Shown here piece by piece: positions 7,800 to 17,592 of a DNA stretch of 64,000 bases. The stretch spans positions 1-64,000 of the forward strand of contig JAYZAY010000059.1 of NCBI GenBank assembly GCA_036339465.1. The letters run 5' to 3'. The notes below the pieces were generated by a model. That model was given only the letters and a program-made list of their open reading frames with translations. It was not told the DNA's origin and did not search any database. Origin of the DNA: Myxococcota bacterium. Lineage in GTDB: Bacteria; Myxococcota; XYA12-FULL-58-9; JABJBS01. The position numbers and the translations under genes were made by a program. Position 1 is the stretch's first letter. Every line of letters begins with the position of its first letter.

Positions 7800-9688
7800 C
7801 GAAAGTCGAATCCGAGTCCAAAGATATAGCGATTGCTTGAAAGGTCGATGCTTTTATTTTTGCCGAATTGATTGACCTGGCTGGTTTGAATCTCAAAAAA
7901 GAGGGAATTGGATAGCTGAACCATACCCGCTGAACCGGTCGGACCGAAAATGGTGTCAAGATTCAAGGACACGCCTAAGTTAGCATGATAGCCTAAAACC
8001 CCCCCTTGTCCCAGTTGAGTGGATCCGTCGGTTTGGGGAAATGTATCAACGTATCCGGCGGTTTTGCTCCACCACAGGTAATAGTCCATTCCTAATTTGG
8101 TATACAGATGCACGGGAAATCCGAACTCTCTTTCGAGATAATCGAAACGATAAATGAAATCGACACTGATGGGTACGACCGTGAAGCTCGTCGGCGTGGC
8201 GCCTTTTTCTGAATTCGCCGCTCTTGTATTTCCTCGTTCACAGGTCACGATCTGCTGGCTTTGGCTGTCTCTGCATTGTCGAGTTTGTCCACCGATAGTC
8301 CAATAACCCAGTTCAAAACCTACGCCCAAAAGCCCATAAAACCGATGGAAAAACCAATTTTCGCTCAGGGACACCATGACGGGATTATTCCCGAATGGAC
8401 GACTCTCTTCATAGCTGTGGTAAATCAGGTCGTAGAAATCACGATTTTCTTGGGTGCCAGAGATGGTTGGATTGTAGGGAGAGAATCGGATTTCAAATCG
8501 ACTCGTTGGATGGTCGTTGGCACCTGCTTCGGAAGCGGATGGTGTCATTGAGATCAGCGTGAGTAAGAGGAGTGGAATAAGGAATGAGTGATTCGGTAAG
8601 CGTCTCCTCATGCAGACAAAGGTCAAACCCATGATGATGAATAAAACCCAATAGTTGGAAGGGGGTAATTGTCCGCAATAACCGGTTTCTAATTCACCGG
8701 GGTAGCATTCGCCAAAATCACATTCATCCGTTGGTTTAAAAGAAACAACATCGGAGTAGGAACTTGCATTACCGGCATGGTCAACGGCCCTGAGGCAAGC
8801 GAGATAATCTGTTCCGTTTTGGAGATTGGATACACGGATGGTCTGGGTCGATACCGATTCAGTCGTGGCATATTCAACCATGGGCGAGTTTACGTTAATC
8901 CATGTCGAGCAATCTTCTTGATCGGATTCACTGTCGGCGGCAACAACGAGCACCTCCCATTTTTGGAGATCGTATTCGTCATTGACGATACTGACACTCA
9001 ATGAGACACCCCCATCGAAGCTACTGGTACTCACCGATGGTTTTGCTGGAGCATTCGAATCAAATTCAAACTTAATGTAACCATTGGGCTCGGTTGTTGG
9101 TTCAATGATGATTTGTGAAGATGTGTCGTTATTTAAGACGGCGTTTACGCTCGTAATACTGTTGAAACCGAAACAAAGGTAGAGAGACTTTTGGCTGAGA
9201 GAGGAATCTTCAGCGCAAACATCATTCGAGTTATTATGATACGCGGCCATGCGGTCTAGCACGGTTTGAACCGTAAAAGCGACTGAACTACTTCTAATGT
9301 CGTCTGATAGATCAGTGGGGAAGGTTAGTTTCGTATCGGTTGCCGAAAAAGGGGGGTCGTCGGCTGTGAGTGATTTTTGATGGATTAATAGGTCTAGTTT
9401 GTTTTCATCGTTTGTATCCGATTTTTCGGGGATCTGCTTACAGTCAGTGGAACTGGACGCCCAATGCACATAGAGATCAACAGGTTGGGTGAGTGTGACC
9501 AAGGTGTTGGAGTTGTCTATGGCAATGTCGACCGAGATAGCGCTGCCGCTATTGGCTTCGTCGCAGGAGGTCTTCGACAGATGGCTAAAGCTTGTGTAGT
9601 CCCAGGTGATGTCGATGCCCACTTCTTGGGTGACGTCCCTCTCGGTCACATTGACGAGCATTGCGACCAGATAAATAGATACTAACAT
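7796..9688 (-). CDS. Fusion of an FN3-containing surface protein with internal MYXO-CTERM-like anchor and an outer-membrane beta-barrel (MXAN_2561/MXAN_2562-like)
   Basis: FN3-like LQNGTDYLACLRAVDHAGNAS; internal GYCG-TM-RRR; second signal-peptide-like stretch; amphipathic strands ending YIFGLGFDFR; ATGA overlap with truA. Confidence 0.7.
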   Translation of the reverse strand: MLVSIYLVAMLVNVTERDVTQEVGIDITWDYTSFSHLSKTSCDEANSGSAISVDIAIDNSNTLVTLTQPVDLYVHWASSSTDCKQIPEKSDTNDENKLDLLIHQKSLTADDPPFSATDTKLTFPTDLSDDIRSSSVAFTVQTVLDRMAAYHNNSNDVCAEDSSLSQKSLYLCFGFNSITSVNAVLNNDTSSQIIIEPTTEPNGYIKFEFDSNAPAKPSVSTSSFDGGVSLSVSIVNDEYDLQKWEVLVVAADSESDQEDCSTWINVNSPMVEYATTESVSTQTIRVSNLQNGTDYLACLRAVDHAGNASSYSDVVSFKPTDECDFGECYPGELETGYCGQLPPSNYWVLFIIMGLTFVCMRRRLPNHSFLIPLLLLTLISMTPSASEAGANDHPTSRFEIRFSPYNPTISGTQENRDFYDLIYHSYEESRPFGNNPVMVSLSENWFFHRFYGLLGVGFELGYWTIGGQTRQCRDSQSQQIVTCERGNTRAANSEKGATPTSFTVVPISVDFIYRFDYLEREFGFPVHLYTKLGMDYYLWWSKTAGYVDTFPQTDGSTQLGQGGVLGYHANLGVSLNLDTIFGPTGSAGMVQLSNSLFFEIQTSQVNQFGKNKSIDLSSNRYIFGLGFDFR

Positions 9689-9769
9689 CCGCAGGATCCT
9701 TTGGAGGAGGGGTGTGAAAACTCTTTAGGCATACCCTATAAGCAATGAAGCAGGGAATAAAAAATTCAT

Positions 9770-10792
9770 TTAAGAAAGATAGTCTCGGGCCAAGATTTCG
9801 GCAATTTGAACTGCGTTTGATGCTGCGCCCTTCCTTAAATTATCGGCAACGCACCAAAATGCGATCCCATTTTCACAGGATGGGTCATTTCGAATTCTGC
9901 CTACAGCCGTGGCATCGGATCCATTCAGAGCGGTTTGGGTTGGGTAAATGTTTTCTGCGGGTACGTCCTGGAGAAAAATACCCGGTGCTTCTCGCAGAAT
10001 CTTTTTTGCATCGTCGGCGCTAAGAGGGGTCTTGAATTCGGATGAAATCGATTCGGCATGGCCATTGAATACCGGTACGCGAACGCACGTGGCGCATATT
10101 TTAAGCTCGGGTAGATGCATGATCTTCCGAGTTTCGAGGATCATTTTCCATTCTTCTTTGGTAAAGTCGTCATCTGCAAAAACATCGATATGGGGAATGC
10201 AATTGAAAGCGATTTGTTTGCTGAATAGTTTCGGTTCGATGTCTTTGCCCGCAAAGAGTAGCGGAACCTGGGAGCTCAGCTCTTCCATCGCTTCTTTACC
10301 TGCTCCACTAACTGCTTGATATGTAGACACAACCACTCTTTTGAGTCCGGCCTTGTCGTGGAGAGGCTTTAGGGCCACGACCATTTGGATGGTCGAACAA
10401 TTGGGGTTTGCGATGATACCTCGGTTTTTGTGGTTGGCGATATCTTCGGGGTTGACCTCGGGAACCACCAAGGGGATTTCCGGGTCCATCCGCCAGGCAG
10501 AGCTGTTGTCGATGACGATAGCGCCCGCGTTTGCAGCCTTTGGGCCGAGGTCCCTGGCCACGGAAGCGCCCGCCGAGAAAAGTGCGATATCAATGCCTTT
10601 AAAGGCTTCTGGAGTGGCGATTTCTACGGGAATAGCTCGATCTCCAAAATCCAGCTTCTGACCTGCGGACCGCTCGGAAGCGAGGAGCTTAAGTTCCCCA
10701 ATTGGAAATCCTCTCTCTTCGAGGACTGTCAATATTTCCCGGCCCACAAGGCCAGTGGCACCTACAATTGCAATTCGAAATTCCTTCTTCAT
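9770..10792 (-). CDS. asd: Aspartate-semialdehyde dehydrogenase
   Basis: IAIVGATGLVG, IDNSSAWRM, IIANPNCSTIQ, TYQAVSGAG, ADNLRKGAASNAVQIAE; start set at MKKEF. Confidence 0.97.
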   Translation of the reverse strand: MKKEFRIAIVGATGLVGREILTVLEERGFPIGELKLLASERSAGQKLDFGDRAIPVEIATPEAFKGIDIALFSAGASVARDLGPKAANAGAIVIDNSSAWRMDPEIPLVVPEVNPEDIANHKNRGIIANPNCSTIQMVVALKPLHDKAGLKRVVVSTYQAVSGAGKEAMEELSSQVPLLFAGKDIEPKLFSKQIAFNCIPHIDVFADDDFTKEEWKMILETRKIMHLPELKICATCVRVPVFNGHAESISSEFKTPLSADDAKKILREAPGIFLQDVPAENIYPTQTALNGSDATAVGRIRNDPSCENGIAFWCVADNLRKGAASNAVQIAEILARDYLS

Positions 10793-10984
10793 AGAACTTT
10801 CGTGCAGTAATGAACCGGTAAGGTCAATGGGAAAGCCGAATTTTCCATGGACTTGTTTCCTCTCCGTTTTTCTATTCAATCGTTGACGGGTTGGTCGTGC
10901 CGGACTAAGTCTTGGTACGAGTTGTTCTGGCTGGACGAAAGTGGTTTGGGATTCGAAAAGTGTTGATTAGTCTGGGGCTTGGGG

Positions 10985-12973
10985 ATGCGAAGAATACGAA
11001 ATCTGTTCTCTATTATTTTATTGCTCTCACAGTGTTACGGCTGTGCCAAATCTACTCTGGCTGAAGTCGTTTGCCAGCCAGGGGTATTGAAATGTGAAGA
11101 CGAGGGGGTGAAGCAGTGTAATATCGATGGTTCGGCTTGGATGCCTGGGGTGTGTGATGAAGGGTATGTCTGTGTCGAAAATGGTGATTGTGACGATGAC
11201 CCAACGTGTGGAGATGCCTGCGAACCCAAGGTTTGTGAGCCAGAGCAGTTGGTGTGTGGGGACAATCAAGTTTACGTCTATGAATGCGACGAATCGGGCA
11301 CCAGAATGTGCTATTCCCATAGCTGTTCGAACGAAGGGCAAGACGGGGTTTGTTTCAATGGCGAATGCGTGAGTGTTTGTTCGCCGGTTCAAAAAGAGTA
11401 TTATGGATGTGAATTTTATGCGGTGGATCTAGATAATGCGGACGTACCGTGCGGTAGTGATATTTTTGGGAACACAAGATATTGTGATGCATCGAACAGC
11501 CAGTTTGCGGTGGTTTTATCTAACCCCGAAGTCGCCAAGTCAGCTTACGTTTTGATTTCCACGGACGTTTTTAAGGAACCGACCTTAGGAACTGACGAGT
11601 GCGGGCAGCCGGTGTCGCCCGATGGTTTTGTTGATGCTTCCGTTATCCCACCCCAAGGGATTCAGATTTTTGAGTTGCCGGCTCGCAATGTCAACGGCAC
11701 CACGAAAGCCAAATTGGCCTATCGAGTTGTTTCAAATATTCCCATCAGTGCCTATCAATTCAATCCCCTAGAGAATGTGGATGTTTTTTCTAACGATGCA
11801 TCACTCTTACTTCCCACGACCACGGCAGGAATGGATTTCTGGGTCATGAGTAGGGAACAAACTTTCGATGAGCTCAAGGCCTATTTCACAGTGGTTGGTG
11901 TTGATCCTGTACCCGCGAATATAAAAGTTACGGTAACCACCCGAACCCTTCCGGGAAACGGTATTCCGTCTTTGAAGCCCGGAGAAACCTATGAAACCTC
12001 GTTGGCCCAATTTGAGGTTTTGAATATTGAATCTAACTTTATAGGGGGTGATTTTACAGGCTCACGTGTTATATCGGATCGGGGAGTCTTGGTGTATGCA
12101 GGAAGTGAAGCAGCAAATACACCGAATACTTCGCGGTGTGATGTGGTCAATCAGCATTGCGAGAATGATCCAAGCATTGCGTGCAATACGCCAGAGCAGA
12201 AGCCACCAGCATGTACTACAGATCCAACCCTGTCTATTTGTTCGCCCCACATACCGTGCTCTGTGACCAGCCTTATTACCTGCTGTGCTGACCATTTAGA
12301 GCAACAGCTCTTTCCTGTCACCAATTGGGATCGGGAATATTTGGCCGTAAGAAGTCAGCCTCGCGGGCAGGAACTGGATGCGTGGCGCATCATGGCTTCG
12401 CAGGATGGTACTGTGGTTCGAACCGGCGATTTAGCTGTCGATGGGGAAACCTCGGTGGTGGAGGCGGGTCATGGAGGCACAGATGATCCTGTGAATAGTC
12501 AGCGTTTATTGAATGCTGGAGAATGGTTCGAATTCGAGGCCAACGCGGATTTTTTGATTAAGGCGACCAAGCCAATCATGGTGGGACAATTTCTGGCGGC
12601 CGAGCAGGCGCCCGGCCCAGGTCGTGGGGAAGGTGATGCCGGAATCGGTGATCCGGCTTTTATTCTCTCGGTACCTAAGAGGCAGTTTCGCAAGGATTAT
12701 ATCTTTTTGGCGCCGAACAAGTACGAAGAAGATTATGTTTCTATTGCTCTTCGCCACGGCACTTTGGCTTTATTGGATGGTCTTTCCGTGTTTGAAAGTT
12801 CCGCATTCAAGACTGCTGAGATTGTTGGGGCGCCGGGGTGGCTTGCGGTTCGAGGGCCTGTGGCCGATGGGTTTCATACCCTGTCTTGCTCAGAAGCGTG
12901 TAGTGTTATGGTGCATGGGTACGATAGTTACGTTTCATATGGTTATCCTGGTGGCTTGAATTTACTTGATTGA
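10985..12973 (+). CDS. Cys-rich lipoprotein with IgGFc-binding-type domain
   Basis: Lipoprotein-like signal (CYGC); Cys-rich N-terminal repeats; GCEFYAVDLDN, AYQFNPL, SNDASLLLP, DHLEQQLFP, GDPA, YVSYGYPGG. Confidence 0.8.
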   Translation: MRRIRNLFSIILLLSQCYGCAKSTLAEVVCQPGVLKCEDEGVKQCNIDGSAWMPGVCDEGYVCVENGDCDDDPTCGDACEPKVCEPEQLVCGDNQVYVYECDESGTRMCYSHSCSNEGQDGVCFNGECVSVCSPVQKEYYGCEFYAVDLDNADVPCGSDIFGNTRYCDASNSQFAVVLSNPEVAKSAYVLISTDVFKEPTLGTDECGQPVSPDGFVDASVIPPQGIQIFELPARNVNGTTKAKLAYRVVSNIPISAYQFNPLENVDVFSNDASLLLPTTTAGMDFWVMSREQTFDELKAYFTVVGVDPVPANIKVTVTTRTLPGNGIPSLKPGETYETSLAQFEVLNIESNFIGGDFTGSRVISDRGVLVYAGSEAANTPNTSRCDVVNQHCENDPSIACNTPEQKPPACTTDPTLSICSPHIPCSVTSLITCCADHLEQQLFPVTNWDREYLAVRSQPRGQELDAWRIMASQDGTVVRTGDLAVDGETSVVEAGHGGTDDPVNSQRLLNAGEWFEFEANADFLIKATKPIMVGQFLAAEQAPGPGRGEGDAGIGDPAFILSVPKRQFRKDYIFLAPNKYEEDYVSIALRHGTLALLDGLSVFESSAFKTAEIVGAPGWLAVRGPVADGFHTLSCSEACSVMVHGYDSYVSYGYPGGLNLLD

Positions 12974-13014
12974 TCTAACTTGATCTAACTTGATCTAACT
13001 TGATCTAACTTGAT
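12971..13014. repeat. Tandem repeat (TGATCTAACT)x4.4
   Basis: Four exact 10-bp units starting at the stop codon of the IgGFc-domain gene, plus a partial unit. Confidence 0.95.
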
Positions 13015-13116
13015 GATCTAGCGCGGTCTTCGCCCAGAAGTGTCTTATTTTGATCGCGTTATTTTTGACCAGGAAAATCACCGTGTTAGATCCATAAGGT
13101 ACGGATCGATTTCTAT

Positions 13117-14037
13117 ATGATGCGAGATTATCTAAAACCCAAAATGGCTAAGCCGGCAGTTAAAAGACCATCCTCGTTTCTCGTGACGGTGGGTTGTTTG
13201 ATTCTAATTAATGTGGCGGTCATTCTTTATCATGGAGATCCAAGTACTAAGCTTGGCATTCTAAGTCCCACCACCAAATCGAAATTGCTCAGCGTAGATC
13301 CAACGACTAAGACTTCCGTGACTTTGAAGCGTGAGTCCAATAATGACATTTTGCCCCCCAGCAGTCTGGCTAAGGAAAGCCCAGAGAAGGAAGTCGTGAG
13401 TTCAGTCAGGGAAGCAGCGTCATCGAAGAAAGCGGTGGGTGTATTGGTTAGAGAAGAGGTTCCGGGGAAAACGGTGGAACCACCGGCTAGAGCTGAGCCC
13501 CTGAGGGAAGTGGTGGCCTTTCGTAGTGAGGCGGAGCATCAACAAGAGAAGGTTGTGACTTTACCAGCAGGAGATCGCGCTGAAAGTGTTAGAGGCGAGA
13601 GCACTGCCTTTAGGGCACTTTCTCGGCTGAAAGAAAGGTTGATTCAGGAAATTCCTGCCCCGCAGGGGGGCCGGCCTGACTTCATTCTTCGTCAGGAAGA
13701 GGGTCAGTCTCCGACGCGGGTCTTAGTGAAAGCGGGAATTTCGGGGAGTTTGACCCATCTTTTGCTCCAAAAATTCGCAGATCACATAAATTTTCACCGT
13801 TTGATGCCCGGAACAGCGTATAATTTTTGGTTTGATGGCGCGGAGAGGTTACAATGTATAGAGATATGGCCCATGGCAAAGCGCGGTGTACGGGCCCAGC
13901 TCAGGGGGGATAATTGGAGCCTTCAGGTAATAGGGGAACAATACGTGGTTCATGATCCGAAGGATCGAGTTCGTCCTTTTGAAGTTGGGCGAGCGAGTAA
14001 TTTTGCGAATTTGAGCGTGGCGCTCTCATCCCCATGA
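13117..14037 (+). CDS. Membrane-anchored hypothetical protein, weakly like the non-catalytic N-terminal part of M23 peptidases
   Basis: N-terminal TM helix, low-complexity linker, FADHINFHRLMPGTAYNFWFD segment; no M23 zinc motifs. Confidence 0.55.
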   Translation: MMRDYLKPKMAKPAVKRPSSFLVTVGCLILINVAVILYHGDPSTKLGILSPTTKSKLLSVDPTTKTSVTLKRESNNDILPPSSLAKESPEKEVVSSVREAASSKKAVGVLVREEVPGKTVEPPARAEPLREVVAFRSEAEHQQEKVVTLPAGDRAESVRGESTAFRALSRLKERLIQEIPAPQGGRPDFILRQEEGQSPTRVLVKAGISGSLTHLLLQKFADHINFHRLMPGTAYNFWFDGAERLQCIEIWPMAKRGVRAQLRGDNWSLQVIGEQYVVHDPKDRVRPFEVGRASNFANLSVALSSP

Positions 14038-14063
14038 GCATTGTGAACGGTTATCTTGAATAA

Positions 14064-15866
14064 ATGTATCATTTAGACAAATTCGTTGAGTCCATACAGG
14101 ATGCTGGTTGGAAAAGTTCTTTCAAAGGGATTTTCTTTCCCGTCTCCATGGTTGTTTTCTTGGTTTTATCGCCAAAGATCGCAGTGGCTGAGTCTCCCGT
14201 CGACGTCATCCTTGAGTCCATGTCCCAAGAGGAAAAGGTGGGCCAACTCATGATGATTGGCTTTCCGGGAAAAGAGCTAAATCGTCACGCTCTTAAGTGG
14301 GTAGGGGAACGCCGGGTTGGCGGGGTCGCTCTATTTGGTCGTAATATCAAGAATTCAACCCAAGTTCGACGTTATACCCGTCAATTACAAGGGCTCGCGG
14401 AGAAATCGGGTGTTCCTATTTTTATTTCACTCGACCAAGAGGGCGGAAATGTCGTCCGAATTAGGCATGGTGCGGCAGTTCTTCCCGGGAATATGGCGCT
14501 TGGAGCGACGCGTTCGCCAACACTCGCCTATGTGGCTGGGCAAGTTGTTGGCAATGATCTTCGACGGTTGGGTTTCAATATGAACCTTGCTCCCGTACTC
14601 GATGTCAATTCTAACCCCAGAAACCCTGTGATTGGTATTCGATCTTTTGGAGAGAGTCCCCAACTTGTCTCTCTCTTGGGGACTTGGATGGTACGTGGCT
14701 TACAAGATATGGGCGTTGTGCCTGTGGCCAAGCATTTTCCTGGGCATGGCGATACCTGTGATGATTCGCATTTTGCTTTACCTTCGATTCGAGCCGATGC
14801 AACAAGACTGAGAGAGGTGGAGTTGGTTCCGTTTCAGCAGGCGATTGATGCGGGATTGGATGCGTTGATGACGGCTCATATTGCGCTTCCTAAGTATGCG
14901 GAAAAGCCTGATATCCCTGCGACTCTTTCTCGCCGACTTTTGACCGATGAGTTGAGGCATAAAATGGGTTTCGATGGTGTGGTCATCACAGATGGACTTG
15001 AAATGCAGGGTATCGTGGAGTCTTACGGGAGCGGTGAGGCAGCCGTTCGTGCGATTCAAGCGGGCGCAGATATGGCCATGGTTCTTTGGACGAGTCATCG
15101 TCGTGAAGAGGTTTATCGACACTTACTGAGGGCGGTGAGAAAGGGGGAGATTTCTGGAGATCGCTTGGATCTTTCGGTTAGGCGGATATTGATGGTGAAA
15201 TATCGTAGAGGGCTCTTTCATCAATGGGCTGAGGAGCGAAAGCCGATAGAAAAAGAAGACTCGTTGGTTCATGATGCTGTGGTGCAGCGGATTGCCGATG
15301 AATCCGTAACCTTGGTCAGAAATTACGCGGATTTGATTCCTGTCAAACCGGAGCGGTTTGGGAAGATCGATGTTGTGGGTCCGAGAGGAGTTTTCCTCAA
15401 TACACTCAGTAAGGCAGGCCAATATTCGATTCACCGAATTCCGTCGCTTCCGAGCTATCGTAAGGCCCGTTGGTGGGCGCAGCGATTGGCTGAAGAGCTG
15501 AGGCATACGGAGTTATTGATTTTTGCGATTGCGAATACAAATCAGCTCAAAATTTTGCGAGAGTTGACAAAGCTTCTGCCCTTTCAGCTGGTGATAGGGG
15601 TCAGCTTAGGTTCACCCTACTTAATCGAGAATATCCCGGAGGTTGATGCTTTTTTATGCTCGTATAGTTACCAAGCAACAAGCCAGAGAGCGGCGGCCAA
15701 TGTCCTTTTGGGGAAAGTGGTGCCTAATGGCCGGCTACCGGTGTCGATTCCGGGGATGTTTCCTTATGGCCACCGTGCTCCGACGGTAGCAAATTCTTCT
15801 TGGGAGTTTTCGTGGATTTCTCCTGTCGATGATTCGACGGAAACAGTTTTTGTAGGTAACCAATAA
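14064..15866 (+). CDS. nagZ: GH3 beta-N-acetylhexosaminidase (two-domain NagZ type)
   Basis: DQEGG, NLAPVLDVN, RSFGE, KHFPGHGDT..DSH, MTAHI, ITDGLEM, C-terminal GSPY; start uncertain. Confidence 0.92.
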   Translation: MYHLDKFVESIQDAGWKSSFKGIFFPVSMVVFLVLSPKIAVAESPVDVILESMSQEEKVGQLMMIGFPGKELNRHALKWVGERRVGGVALFGRNIKNSTQVRRYTRQLQGLAEKSGVPIFISLDQEGGNVVRIRHGAAVLPGNMALGATRSPTLAYVAGQVVGNDLRRLGFNMNLAPVLDVNSNPRNPVIGIRSFGESPQLVSLLGTWMVRGLQDMGVVPVAKHFPGHGDTCDDSHFALPSIRADATRLREVELVPFQQAIDAGLDALMTAHIALPKYAEKPDIPATLSRRLLTDELRHKMGFDGVVITDGLEMQGIVESYGSGEAAVRAIQAGADMAMVLWTSHRREEVYRHLLRAVRKGEISGDRLDLSVRRILMVKYRRGLFHQWAEERKPIEKEDSLVHDAVVQRIADESVTLVRNYADLIPVKPERFGKIDVVGPRGVFLNTLSKAGQYSIHRIPSLPSYRKARWWAQRLAEELRHTELLIFAIANTNQLKILRELTKLLPFQLVIGVSLGSPYLIENIPEVDAFLCSYSYQATSQRAAANVLLGKVVPNGRLPVSIPGMFPYGHRAPTVANSSWEFSWISPVDDSTETVFVGNQ

Positions 15867-17592
15867 ATCCAGCGAGTAGCTGATGTTCGGTAAATTTTAT
15901 CGAGGATTGGGGAATATTATCGAGGATGGTTTGAAGTCCGTCTCCGCCGGTAGCGAGATAGTCATTGGTCGCCACCAGGTAGAGGCGTGTTGGTTGCAGG
16001 AGACTGGAGTCGGGATGAACGATATGAATTTTCCCGAGCTCTTTTTTTAAGGAGACCCCAGCTACGTAGGGCAATTTGTATTTCCGTTTGTATAAGGTGT
16101 CCACCATCGCTTGGAGTTGGGCTCCAGTAAGGGCCATTGTCACGACGGTATTGTCGAAGGGGAGTGTTTGGTACGCTTCGCCGTAGGTGAGTGCTCCTTT
16201 ACTTAGGTCGCGTCTGACTCCGCCACGATTTTGAAGCGCAATATCAGCATTCACGGATTGTCGTATCGATTCTGCGACAATAGATCCAAGATTCTCTTCA
16301 TTGGCTTTACTTTGCCTGCTTAAGTCTTTGGTGAGTTCGATGCCGATCAATGATGAAGACCGCTGGTTGGCTTGGACAATAAAAGGTTTCATTTGTTTGA
16401 AGAGTTCTGAGTTGATGGAAATGTTCTTGCCTAGAAATGTTGCAGGGATAACCAGACTCGGCTGTTTACTGGATTGGCATGTGCCGTTCTCCCATGTGTC
16501 GATACAGGTTAGTTGCGGCGTGCTAATTTCTGAGTTTTCTTTGTCGAGTCCGCCGTTTGGTCCAATGCATGCCTTCATCCAGACGATGTGTTTTGCTTTG
16601 GAGCTGGATTGGAGAGTTGCGACTCCTTTGAGCCAGTGGGCGACCAGTTTATGGGTATGACCGCCCAATGCAATGTCGATGGTTTTTGGGGGAAGTTGGT
16701 TAAGAATACTTTGGAGTTCGCTATTTTCGTCGCATTTTGACGTGTCTTCGGCGTTTGTGTATTTGCCACAGTTTGTGCCTATATGGCCAATGATGATGAC
16801 GAGTTCCGCGCCTTGGGCTCGGAGTTTTTGGGCTTCTTTAATGATAGCTACAACAGGGCTCGGGAAATTGAGTCCAACAACATTTGCACGTTTGGTTGTG
16901 GTGGCTGTTGATTGTGTTGAGGCGCCAATAATTCCAACACGGATGCCCTCGATATTTACGAGTTTGCTGGGTCTTACATTTTTCCATTTCACCAATTTAC
17001 CGGTTGTGTCATCCATGACGTTTACACTCAGGAATGGAAAATTTGCCTCCCCGATTCGGTCTTTGATGGTGCCGAAAATATCCGCGGTATCTCCGCTCAG
17101 GCGCGGGCCAAAGTCGAATTCATGATTTCCAATGGCCGCAGCATGAAACCCCAAAGTATTTAGTCCCTCAATCATGGCCCGTCCGCGGGATTCGTTGGAC
17201 ATGAGGGTTCCGTGGTAAATATCACCGGCATCGACTAGTAGAACTCTATTATTAAATTCACTACGAAGAATATCTATATAGCCCGACAATGCCAGTAGGC
17301 CTCCTCGACGTAGAATCGCTTGCCCACCTCTGATTTTGGTGGGCTCAATGTGACCATGTAGATCGCTGGTTCCAACGATTGCCAGACACCTCTTAGGGCC
17401 GGTTGTTTCACCTGCTTGCCTTGGGGGAGGAACCGTTTTCGATTTTGGCTGTGGTGCCGTTTCTTTAGAGGGAGGCGGCGGTGGAGAAGAAGTGCCGATT
17501 TTGGTCGTCGAGGAATCTTTCGTGGGAGATTCAGTTTGGCTGTCTACTGGGGTGGTTAGCAGGAGGCCTAGAAAAACTATTTTACAGAGCAT
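15724..17592 (-). CDS. Secreted bifunctional metallophosphatase / 5'-nucleotidase
   Basis: Signal peptide and Pro-rich linker; SDLHGH, DAGD, GNHEFD, GGHTH, NRGGVR, LPFDN, TNDYLATGGDG. Confidence 0.92.
   Translation of the reverse strand: MLCKIVFLGLLLTTPVDSQTESPTKDSSTTKIGTSSPPPPPSKETAPQPKSKTVPPPRQAGETTGPKRCLAIVGTSDLHGHIEPTKIRGGQAILRRGGLLALSGYIDILRSEFNNRVLLVDAGDIYHGTLMSNESRGRAMIEGLNTLGFHAAAIGNHEFDFGPRLSGDTADIFGTIKDRIGEANFPFLSVNVMDDTTGKLVKWKNVRPSKLVNIEGIRVGIIGASTQSTATTTKRANVVGLNFPSPVVAIIKEAQKLRAQGAELVIIIGHIGTNCGKYTNAEDTSKCDENSELQSILNQLPPKTIDIALGGHTHKLVAHWLKGVATLQSSSKAKHIVWMKACIGPNGGLDKENSEISTPQLTCIDTWENGTCQSSKQPSLVIPATFLGKNISINSELFKQMKPFIVQANQRSSSLIGIELTKDLSRQSKANEENLGSIVAESIRQSVNADIALQNRGGVRRDLSKGALTYGEAYQTLPFDNTVVTMALTGAQLQAMVDTLYKRKYKLPYVAGVSLKKELGKIHIVHPDSSLLQPTRLYLVATNDYLATGGDGLQTILDNIPQSSIKFTEHQLLAGFIGYLQKLFPSNHRQEKSTKTPKKNLLPSEHGGHKETSPESTPVAGH

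Noticed and set aside
12971..13110. CRISPR array or replication origin
   Set aside because: Units are 10 bp with no spacers, no cas genes, and no DnaA boxes or dnaA seen
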